64,000 nt of DNA from Hydrogenophaga sp. (GTDB lineage Bacteria; Pseudomonadota; Gammaproteobacteria; Burkholderiales; Burkholderiaceae_C), in assembly GCA_030682835.1 (NCBI GenBank), contig JAUXNG010000085.1, forward strand, positions 6,443-70,442, written 5' to 3'. Position numbers and translations under genes: made by a program. The notes beneath the pieces were generated by a model. It was not told where the DNA came from and ran no database searches. It saw nothing but the letters and a program-made list of their open reading frames with translations. Positions 38,435 to 46,261 of this stretch are shown here, in pieces; the stretch's first letter is position 1, and each line of letters starts with the position of its first letter.

Positions 38435-38760
38435 CCGATGTCTGGACCCTCGCCGTGATTGTCGGGCTGGCACTGGTCACTGTGCTCACGCGCGGCTTTT
38501 TCCTCATCTCCAGCCAACCCTGGAGCCTGCCGCCCTGGGCCTTGCGTGCCCTGCAGTACGCGCCGATAGCCGCGCTGTCAGCAGTGGTGGTGCCTGAGGT
38601 GGTCATGACGCAAGGCGAACTCATCGACACCTGGCGCGATGCACGCCTGTTCGCCGCAGTGGCCGGCGCCGCCTGGTATTTCTGGCGCGGTGGCGTGCTG
38701 GGCACCATCCTCGCCGGCATGGCGGTCTATCTGCCGCTGCGCCTGGGCTTGGGCTGGTGA
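38431..38760 (+). CDS. azlD: AzlD-family small subunit
   Basis: 109-aa hydrophobic protein, RALQYAPIAAL motif, ATGA overlap with azlC. Confidence 0.83.
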   Translation: MTDVWTLAVIVGLALVTVLTRGFFLISSQPWSLPPWALRALQYAPIAALSAVVVPEVVMTQGELIDTWRDARLFAAVAGAAWYFWRGGVLGTILAGMAVYLPLRLGLGW

Positions 38761-38817
38761 GCGTCGCTCTCAATGCAAAAGTTCGCCGACACATTCACAC
38801 CACACAAGGAGACATAG

Positions 38818-39717
38818 ATGAGCAGCACACCCCCTGTCATTGGCTTCATCGGCCTCGGCTACATGGGCCACGGCATGGCCAAGAACATCGTCACCAAGGG
38901 CTACAAGCTGGTGGTCATGGGCCACCGCAACCGCACCCCCGTCGACCACCTGGTCTCGCTGGGCGCGCGCGAGGCGAGCGACGCCCGCGCCGTGGCCGAG
39001 CAGTGCGACATCGTGCATATCTGCGTCACCGGCTCACCGCAAGTCGAGCAGCTGGTGCAGGGGGAGCGCGGCCTGGCGCAGGCCAACCGGCCTGGCTTGA
39101 TCGTCATCGACTGCTCCACCTCCGACCCGGTGTCCACCCTGGCCATGGGTGAGCTGCTACGCGCCAGTGGCAAGGTGCTGGTGGACGCACCGCTCTCGCG
39201 CACGCCCAAGGAAGCCGAGGCCGGCACGCTCGACACCATGGTCGGCGCCGACCCAGAGGTGTTTGCGCGCATCGAGCCGGTGTTGCGCTGCTGGGCTGCC
39301 AACATCGTGCACCTGGGGCCGCTGGGCCTGGGCCACAAGATGAAGCTGGTCAACAACTTCATTGCCATGGGTTACGCCGCGCTCTATGCAGAGGCGCTGG
39401 CCGTTGCGCGCAAGGGTGGGCTGAGCGCCGAGCAGTTCCACGCTGTCATCGGCTCGGGACGTTTGCGCAATGGCTTTTACGACACCTTCATGAAGTGGAC
39501 GCTGGAGCGCGATGAAAACGCCCATCTGTTCACCATTTCAAATGCCCACAAGGACATGCGCTACTTTTCCAGCATGGCCAATGCCGTGGGGGCCCTTCAC
39601 CCCGTTCAGTCCATGGTGAACAACAGCTTCGCCGCCATGAATGCAGCGGGGCAGGGCGACCGTTTTGTGCCTATGCTGTCCACTTTCGTGGCACAGCAAA
39701 ACGGATTGACAGACTGA
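38818..39717 (+). CDS. NAD(P)-dependent oxidoreductase, 3-hydroxyisobutyrate dehydrogenase family
   Basis: GFIGLGYMG, DAPLS, KLVNN, KD motif; AAGGAGAC RBS. Confidence 0.9.
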   Translation: MSSTPPVIGFIGLGYMGHGMAKNIVTKGYKLVVMGHRNRTPVDHLVSLGAREASDARAVAEQCDIVHICVTGSPQVEQLVQGERGLAQANRPGLIVIDCSTSDPVSTLAMGELLRASGKVLVDAPLSRTPKEAEAGTLDTMVGADPEVFARIEPVLRCWAANIVHLGPLGLGHKMKLVNNFIAMGYAALYAEALAVARKGGLSAEQFHAVIGSGRLRNGFYDTFMKWTLERDENAHLFTISNAHKDMRYFSSMANAVGALHPVQSMVNNSFAAMNAAGQGDRFVPMLSTFVAQQNGLTD

Positions 39718-39724
39718 GGCTGAG

Positions 39725-39850
39725 GAAAAAGGAGGCATGGCCCCAGCGGGGTCATGTCACTTTAAAAAGTGGGCAGGAGCTAGAAACAAGACAGATGGTT
39801 GCCGGGAGATCCCATGGGGATAGCCATCGTCTGCCGCCTGTTGTTGAGTT
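39725..39850 (-). ncRNA. Candidate structured small RNA (unassigned family)
   Basis: Three consecutive hairpins ending in a stem plus CCTTTTT on the minus strand; no credible ORF. Confidence 0.35.
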
Positions 39851-39996
39851 GAACGCTACCGTCGATGCGGTCAGGGGCTTTTTTTGGCGGCTCCGCAGTG
39901 TGTCGCGGGCTAGCGAAACCCCTTGGGGCCCGGGGGTGCAATCTGGCTTATCCTTGCGGGCTGAGCTTCTGCTTGTCCTCCCTCCGAAAGTCCGTC

Positions 39997-40539
39997 GTGC
40001 AAAAACCCAAGGCCGCCCCAGGCTCGTCCACCGCTGGTGCCATGCGGGTGATCAAAAAGTACCCCAACCGCCGCCTGTACGACACCGACACGTCTTCCTA
40101 CATCACGCTAGCCGAGGTGAAGACGCTGGTGATGGACAACGAGCCCTTTGTGGTGCGTGACGCGAAGACCAACGACGATCTGACGCGCAGCATCCTGCTG
40201 CAGATCATCCTTGAAGAAGAAACGGCGGGGGTGCCGATCTTCACCGAGCAGGTGCTGGCCAACATCATCCGCTTCTACGGGCACGCCATGCAGGACTTCA
40301 TGGGCTCGTATCTGGAGAAGAATGTCCAGATTTTCATGGACCTTCAGCACAAGATGACCGAACAGTCGAGCGGCATCACGCCCGACACCTGGAAGCAGTT
40401 CATGAACGGGCAGTCCCCGATGGTGCAGGGAATGATGGGCACGTACCTGGAGCAGTCGCGCACCGCGTTCACGCAGATGCAGGAGCAGATGCAGAAGAAC
40501 AGCGAACAGATGCTGGCAGCACTGGGCCTCAAGCGCTGA
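39997..40539 (+). CDS. phaR: Polyhydroxyalkanoate synthesis repressor PhaR
   Basis: RVIKKYPNRRLYDTDTSSYITL, DLTRSILLQII, IIRFYG; GTG 39997 (alternative ATG 40042). Confidence 0.93.
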   Translation: MQKPKAAPGSSTAGAMRVIKKYPNRRLYDTDTSSYITLAEVKTLVMDNEPFVVRDAKTNDDLTRSILLQIILEEETAGVPIFTEQVLANIIRFYGHAMQDFMGSYLEKNVQIFMDLQHKMTEQSSGITPDTWKQFMNGQSPMVQGMMGTYLEQSRTAFTQMQEQMQKNSEQMLAALGLKR

Positions 40540-40624
40540 CTGGTCGCGTCGTGCTCGGTGGGCACCTGCGGGCCCCAAAGGACTGTTTCCTGTGCTTGCG
40601 GGGCCAGTCTGAGACAATCCTTGG

Positions 40625-42010
40625 ATGACTGACACCGTTGCCACACTGGGCGCCACCGCGCCCAAGGTCGGGTTTGTGAGCCTTGGGTGTCCCAAGGCCC
40701 TGACCGACTCTGAACTCATCCTCACCCAGCTCAGCGCCGAGGGCTACCAGACCTCCAAGACGTTCGCGGGCGCTGATCTCGTGATCGTGAACACCTGCGG
40801 CTTCATTGACGATGCCGTCCGCGAGAGCCTGGACACCATTGGCGAGGCCTTGGCCGAGAACGGCAAGGTCATCGTGACCGGCTGCCTGGGTGCCCGTACC
40901 GGTGAAGACGGCGGCAACCTGGTGCGCAACATGCACCCCAGCGTGCTCGCGGTCACTGGCCCCCACGCCACGCACGAGGTGATGACGGCGGTGCACACCT
41001 ACCTGCCCAAGCCGCACGATCCTTTTGTGGACCTGGTGCCCGCCCAGGGAATCAAGCTCACGCCGCGCCACTACGCCTACCTCAAGATCAGCGAGGGCTG
41101 CAACCACCGCTGCACGTTCTGCATCATCCCGTCCATGCGCGGGGATCTGGTGAGCCGGCCGATTGGCGACGTGCTGACCGAAGCCCGCAAGCTGTTCGAA
41201 TCGGGGGTGAAGGAGTTGCTGGTGGTGAGCCAGGACACGTCGGCCTACGGCGTGGACATTCAGTACCGCACCGGTTTCTGGGATGGCAAGCCGGTGAAGA
41301 CCCGCATGCTGGATCTGGTGCGAACGCTGGGTGAGCTGGCCAAGCCGTATGGCGCTTGGGTGCGCCTGCACTATGTGTACCCGTACCCGCACGTGGACGA
41401 AGTCATCCCGCTCATGGCTGAGGGTCTGTGCCTGCCGTATCTGGACGTGCCGCTGCAGCACAGCCACCCGGATGTGCTCAAGCGCATGAAGCGCCCGGCC
41501 AGCGGCGAGAAGAACCTGGAGCGCATTGCACGCTGGCGCGAGCTGTGTCCCGAGATCGTCGTGCGCAGCACCTTCATTGCCGGTTTCCCGGGCGAGACCG
41601 AGGCTGAGTTTCAGCACCTGCTCGACTTTGTGGCCGAGGCGCGCATCGACCGGGCCGGCTGCTTCGCTTTTTCGCCGGTGCAGGGGGCGGCGGCGAATGC
41701 GCTGGCCGACCCGGTGCCGGCCGAGCTGCGCGAGGAACGCCGCGCCCGGTTCATGGCCGTGGCTGAGGCAGTGTCGGCCGACAAGCTGCGTGAACGCGTC
41801 GGGGCCACCATGCAGGTGCTGGTTGACTCCGCACCGGGCCTGGGCAGGAAGGGCGGCGTGGGGCGCAGCTACGCGGATGCGCCCGAGATTGACGGGCTGG
41901 TGCGCCTGCTCCCGCCCGAGAAGATCAGCAAGACGCTGAAGGTGGGGGAGTTCACCCGGGCGCGCATTGTTGCCGCCCAGGGGCACGATCTCGTGGCGGT
42001 CCCGGTTTGA
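40625..42010 (+). CDS. rimO: Ribosomal protein S12 methylthiotransferase RimO
   Basis: [22 protein letters not shown] radical-SAM motif, HYVYPYP, DAPEIDG TRAM domain. Confidence 0.96.
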   Translation: MTDTVATLGATAPKVGFVSLGCPKALTDSELILTQLSAEGYQTSKTFAGADLVIVNTCGFIDDAVRESLDTIGEALAENGKVIVTGCLGARTGEDGGNLVRNMHPSVLAVTGPHATHEVMTAVHTYLPKPHDPFVDLVPAQGIKLTPRHYAYLKISEGCNHRCTFCIIPSMRGDLVSRPIGDVLTEARKLFESGVKELLVVSQDTSAYGVDIQYRTGFWDGKPVKTRMLDLVRTLGELAKPYGAWVRLHYVYPYPHVDEVIPLMAEGLCLPYLDVPLQHSHPDVLKRMKRPASGEKNLERIARWRELCPEIVVRSTFIAGFPGETEAEFQHLLDFVAEARIDRAGCFAFSPVQGAAANALADPVPAELREERRARFMAVAEAVSADKLRERVGATMQVLVDSAPGLGRKGGVGRSYADAPEIDGLVRLLPPEKISKTLKVGEFTRARIVAAQGHDLVAVPV

Positions 42011-42081
42011 CGGAACTGTCCCGTTCGCAGCTCGGCGCGGCCCTTACGGCTGCCGGGATGCGATTCTGGGCAGAGGCCAAC

Positions 42082-42119
42082 AAAAAAGACCTGACGGCTC
42101 GCGCCGGACAGGTCTTTTT
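42082..42119. terminator. Bidirectional-type intrinsic terminator after rimO
   Basis: AAAAAAGACCTG...CAGGTCTTTTT. Confidence 0.7.
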
Positions 42120-42137
42120 CATTTGCTCGTCAAAAAC

Positions 42138-42173
42138 AAAAAAGGGTTGCAAACTTGTGGTTTGCAACCCTTT
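42138..42173 (-). terminator. Intrinsic terminator of tRNA-Leu
   Basis: AAAGGGTTGCAAAC/GTTTGCAACCCTTT stem with T tract on the minus strand just past the tRNA 3' end. Confidence 0.8.
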
Positions 42174-42178
42174 ATGAT

Positions 42179-42263
<85 letters not shown>

Positions 42264-42280
42264 TAGTCAGGAAAGACGCT

Positions 42281-42309
42281 AGTATAGCACGACAAAATTG
42301 AACGAACAA
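42281..42309 (-). promoter_or_regulatory. Putative sigma70 promoter of tRNA-Leu
   Basis: Minus strand TTGTTC-N17-TATACT with TG extension. Confidence 0.5.
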
Positions 42310-44607
42310 ATAGTGAACGAAAAAAATAGCCTGCTGGCCGAATTTGAAGGTGTTGTGTCTGGTCACCGTGACGGACATGGCTTTGTGATCCGCGACGATG
42401 GACAGGCCGATATTTACCTGCCGTCCAACGAGATGCGGGCGGTCCTGCACAAGGACCGGGTCAAGGCGCGCATCGTGCGCCTTGACCGGAAGGGGCGCCC
42501 CGAGGGGCGCGTCACGGAAATCGTCGAACGATCGAACTCTCCCATCATCGGGCGCCTGCTGCAGGAAAGTGGCGTGTGGCTGGTGGCGCCAGAAGACAAG
42601 CGCTATGGCCAGGACGTGCTGATCCCCAAGGGTGCCACCGGTTCGGCCAAGCCGGGCGAGGTGGTGGTGGTCGAGCTGATGGAGCCGCCGGCCCTGTACG
42701 GGCAGCCGGTGGGGCGGGTGAAAGAAGTGCTGGGCGAGATCGACGACCCCGGCATGGAGATCGAGATCGCGGTGCGCAAGTACGACGTGCCGCATGTGTT
42801 CTCGGACGCCGCGATCAGCCAGGCCCGTGCGCTGCCCGACCATGTGCGCTCGGCTGACCACCAGAACCGCGTCGACCTGCGCGACGTGCCGCTGGTGACC
42901 ATCGACGGTGAAGATGCGCGCGACTTTGACGATGCCGTGTACTGCGAGCCGGCCAAGGTGGGCCGTGGCAAGGGCTGGCGCCTGCTGGTGGCCATTGCCG
43001 ACGTGAGCCACTATGTGCAGACCGGTTCGCCGATCGACGTGGACGCCTACGACCGCGCCACATCGGTGTACTTCCCGCGCCGCGTCATCCCCATGCTCCC
43101 GGAAAAGCTGTCGAACGGGCTGTGCTCGCTCAACCCGGGCGTGGAGCGCCTGTGCATGGTGTGCGACATGCTGGTCAATGCCAAGGGCGAGATCCACGCG
43201 TACCAGTTCTACCCGGCGGTGATGTTCAGCCACGCCCGCTTCACCTACACCGAGGTGGCGGCGATCCTGCAGAACACCCGCGGCCCGGAAGCGCACCAGC
43301 GCAAGGCCCTGGTGCCGTATCTGCTGAACCTGCACGATGTGTACAAGGCTCTGCTGGTAGCCCGTCAGGCGCGGGGCGCTGTCGACTTTGAAACGGTCGA
43401 AACGCAGATCGTGTCGGACGAGTCCGGGCGCATCGAGAAGATCATTCCGCGCACGCGCAACGATGCGCACAAACTGATCGAAGAGGCCATGCTGGCCGCC
43501 AATGTGTGCTCGGCCGATTTCATTGGCGAAGGCAAACACACCGGCCTGTTCCGTGTGCACGAAGGCCCCACGCCCGAGAAGCAGGACATCCTGCGCAACT
43601 ACCTCAAGGCGATGGGGGTCACCCAGACCATTGGCGACAACCCGCGGCCGGCCGAATTCCAGCACATCGCGAACGCGACCAAAGACCGGCCCGAGGCGCA
43701 GCAGATCCACACCATGCTGCTGCGCTCGATGCAGCAGGCGATCTACACGCCGCTCAACGAGGGTCATTTCGGCCTGGCGTTTGACGCCTACACCCACTTC
43801 ACCAGCCCCATCCGGCGCTACCCCGATCTGCTGGTGCACCGTGTCATCAAGGCGATACTGAACGGGCAGCGCTACCAGCTGCCGGCTCTGCCGACCCCGG
43901 GCGAGGCGCACGCCAAGCTGAGCAAGCGCCTGGCCAGCCGGGCCAAGCCGCCGGTGGCGGGTGAGCCCGTGAAGAAGCTGTCGGGCGACACCCTTGCCTG
44001 GCAGGCAGCCGGCCTTCACTGCAGCGCCAACGAGCGCCGTGCCGATGAAGCCAGCCGTGACGTGGAAGCGTGGCTCAAGTGCAAATACATGCGCGAGCAC
44101 CTGGGTGAGGAGTTCGGGGGCGTGGTGACATCGGTCACCAGCTTCGGCCTTTTCGTCACGCTGGATGCCATGTACGTCGAAGGCCTCGTGCACATCACCG
44201 AGCTGGGTGGCGAATACTTCCGGTTCGACGAGGCGCGTCAGGAACTGCGCGGCGAGCGCACAGGCATCCGCTACGCACTCGGGTCGCGGGTGCAGGTGCA
44301 GGTCAGCCGCGTGGATCTGGACGGCCGCCGCATCGATTTCCGCCTGGTCACGGGCGAAGACGACTTGCTCCTGCGGGCCATGCGGGACAAAGCCGGCGAT
44401 GGCGCAGACGCAGAGCCCGGCAGCGGGCGCAGTGCCAAGGCTCGCCGTTCCCGCTCACGCGAAGGCAGTGCCGGGGCGGGCACAACTGCGCCCCCGGCAG
44501 CGCCTGCCAGCCGTGAAGCGACCGCGCCACGCAAGGCCTCTGGGCGCAAGGCCGAACGCGGGGCTGCACGAAGTCCAGCGGGCAAGGCGCGCAAGAGCCG
44601 CCGCTGA
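42298..44607 (+). CDS. rnr: Ribonuclease R
   Basis: GHRDGHGF cold-shock domain, TIDGEDARDFDDAV, HFTSPIRRYPDL, S1 domain, basic tail; TTG start (alternative GTG 42313). Confidence 0.95.
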   Translation: MNEQIVNEKNSLLAEFEGVVSGHRDGHGFVIRDDGQADIYLPSNEMRAVLHKDRVKARIVRLDRKGRPEGRVTEIVERSNSPIIGRLLQESGVWLVAPEDKRYGQDVLIPKGATGSAKPGEVVVVELMEPPALYGQPVGRVKEVLGEIDDPGMEIEIAVRKYDVPHVFSDAAISQARALPDHVRSADHQNRVDLRDVPLVTIDGEDARDFDDAVYCEPAKVGRGKGWRLLVAIADVSHYVQTGSPIDVDAYDRATSVYFPRRVIPMLPEKLSNGLCSLNPGVERLCMVCDMLVNAKGEIHAYQFYPAVMFSHARFTYTEVAAILQNTRGPEAHQRKALVPYLLNLHDVYKALLVARQARGAVDFETVETQIVSDESGRIEKIIPRTRNDAHKLIEEAMLAANVCSADFIGEGKHTGLFRVHEGPTPEKQDILRNYLKAMGVTQTIGDNPRPAEFQHIANATKDRPEAQQIHTMLLRSMQQAIYTPLNEGHFGLAFDAYTHFTSPIRRYPDLLVHRVIKAILNGQRYQLPALPTPGEAHAKLSKRLASRAKPPVAGEPVKKLSGDTLAWQAAGLHCSANERRADEASRDVEAWLKCKYMREHLGEEFGGVVTSVTSFGLFVTLDAMYVEGLVHITELGGEYFRFDEARQELRGERTGIRYALGSRVQVQVSRVDLDGRRIDFRLVTGEDDLLLRAMRDKAGDGADAEPGSGRSAKARRSRSREGSAGAGTTAPPAAPASREATAPRKASGRKAERGAARSPAGKARKSRR

Positions 44608-44631
44608 CCGCAGCCAAGGAGGGACCGGGAA

Positions 44632-45576
44632 ATGGACATCACGAACAGGCAACCCGACAAACCCTCCCTGGCGCGGGCGCCGGCATCGCGCCGCAAGCAG
44701 CCCACTGCGTTCAAAGAGCGACCGCTGCGCATCGGGGTGTCGGCGCGGCTGCTTTATCAGGTGCCACCCGAGCTGGGGTTTCGCAACAAGAACCTCCAGT
44801 ACATCGAGCAGTCGCTGGCGCACTGGATCATGGAGCACGGGGCGGTGGCCTTCATGGTGCCGGCGGTGGCGCACGACAGCAAACACGCGGCACGGCACCT
44901 CAAGGTGGACCATGTCGTGCAGGAACTCGACGCCCTGGTGTTGCAGGGAGGTGCCGATGTGGCTCCCCAGACCTATGGCCAGACGCCGATCGACCCCCGC
45001 TGGCAGGGGGACGTGGTGCGTGACCGCTACGAGCTGGCCCTGTTGCGCAGCTTCCTGCAGCAGAAGAAGCCGGTGCTGGGGGTCTGTCGTGGCGCCCAGC
45101 TGCTCAATGTCGCTTTTGGTGGCACCCTGTACCAGGACATTGCCACCCAGTGCCCGGCGGCCCACGCACACGTGGACACCGATCTGTACGACCAGCTCGA
45201 GCACGACGTGACCTTCCTGCAGGGCAGCCGCCTGACCGCGCTTTATCCCACCGCTTCGCAGCTGCGCGTGACGAGCATCCACCACCAGGCCGTGGCCGAC
45301 CTGGGAAAGGGCATGGTGGTCGAGGCGGTGTCCACCCTCGACGGCATGGTCGAGGCCATTCGCTGGTCGGGCGACGCCTATGCGCGGGGCGTGCAGTGGC
45401 ACCCCGAGTTTCACCACGGGCGCGACGCGCTGGCCGACAGCTCGCCGATCATGCTCGACTTTCTCCAGGCGTCCCGAGCAGCCGCGTTGCAGCGGCTCGC
45501 GGACGGGCTGGAGTCCGATCCGCGCCCGCCCACAGCGCCGATCCTGCTCGACGTGGAGTCGGGCACGGCAGGGTGA
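44632..45576 (+). CDS. Peptidase C26 / gamma-glutamyl-gamma-aminobutyrate hydrolase family (class I glutamine amidotransferase-like)
   Basis: LQGGADV, GVCRGAQ, SIHHQAV, GVQWHPE. Confidence 0.9.
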   Translation: MDITNRQPDKPSLARAPASRRKQPTAFKERPLRIGVSARLLYQVPPELGFRNKNLQYIEQSLAHWIMEHGAVAFMVPAVAHDSKHAARHLKVDHVVQELDALVLQGGADVAPQTYGQTPIDPRWQGDVVRDRYELALLRSFLQQKKPVLGVCRGAQLLNVAFGGTLYQDIATQCPAAHAHVDTDLYDQLEHDVTFLQGSRLTALYPTASQLRVTSIHHQAVADLGKGMVVEAVSTLDGMVEAIRWSGDAYARGVQWHPEFHHGRDALADSSPIMLDFLQASRAAALQRLADGLESDPRPPTAPILLDVESGTAG

Positions 45577-45673
45577 ACGTCGAGAGGGGCCGGGCGGCGG
45601 GGCCTCGCAGCCACTAAACTCGTGCGGCCCGGCTTGCCGGCTTTTTCTTCATTCCGTCCACGGGATCGTTCGC

Positions 45674-46225
45674 ATGCGCGTTGTCTTCTATCTGCTCGAC
45701 ACCCTGTTCTTTTTCCTGGTCGCCGCCGCCTTGCTGCGCGCCTGGATGAACCATCTCCGGATCAACATGTCGGCCCAGCCGGGCCGTCTGGCCATTGCCA
45801 TGACGGACTGGCTGGTCTCGCCGGTGCGTCGCATCCTGCCTCGATCGCTGACCCAGAGCATGGTGGACTGGGGAAGCCTGATGGCCGCCGTGCTGCTGGC
45901 GCTGGCATACGGCGGCGTATGGCTCATTCTCGCGACCGGCCTCACCCAGACCGCTGCGTCGCCAGCGGCCATGGTGCTGGCCATTCCTGCCATGGCGTTC
46001 AAGCTCATCCTGCGTACCGTGCTGCAGGGCCTCATGGTGATGCTGCTCGCGTATGCCATCCTGTCGTGGGTACAGCCCCACGCGCCGGTACAGGCCACGC
46101 TGGAACGCCTGTGCGCGCCGCTGTTGCGCCCCCTGCGGCGCGTGATTCCCCTGGTGGGCGGCGTGGACCTGTCGGTGCTGGTGCTGATCATCCTGCTGCA
46201 GGTGGGCCTGATCCTGGTGGCCTGA
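45674..46225 (+). CDS. yggT: YggT family membrane protein
   Basis: Two YGGT repeats: TDWLVSPVRR and PLLRPLRRVIP..GGVDLS. Confidence 0.88.
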   Translation: MRVVFYLLDTLFFFLVAAALLRAWMNHLRINMSAQPGRLAIAMTDWLVSPVRRILPRSLTQSMVDWGSLMAAVLLALAYGGVWLILATGLTQTAASPAAMVLAIPAMAFKLILRTVLQGLMVMLLAYAILSWVQPHAPVQATLERLCAPLLRPLRRVIPLVGGVDLSVLVLIILLQVGLILVA

Positions 46226-46261
46226 AGGGCGCAGGGCGGCCCGGCATTGCTGGGCAAGTCC

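Noticed and set aside
39780-39827. 15-codon minus-strand mini-ORF (MAIPMGSPGNHLSCF) inside the candidate sRNA
   Set aside because: Too short, weak RBS, and the start is buried in a predicted stem
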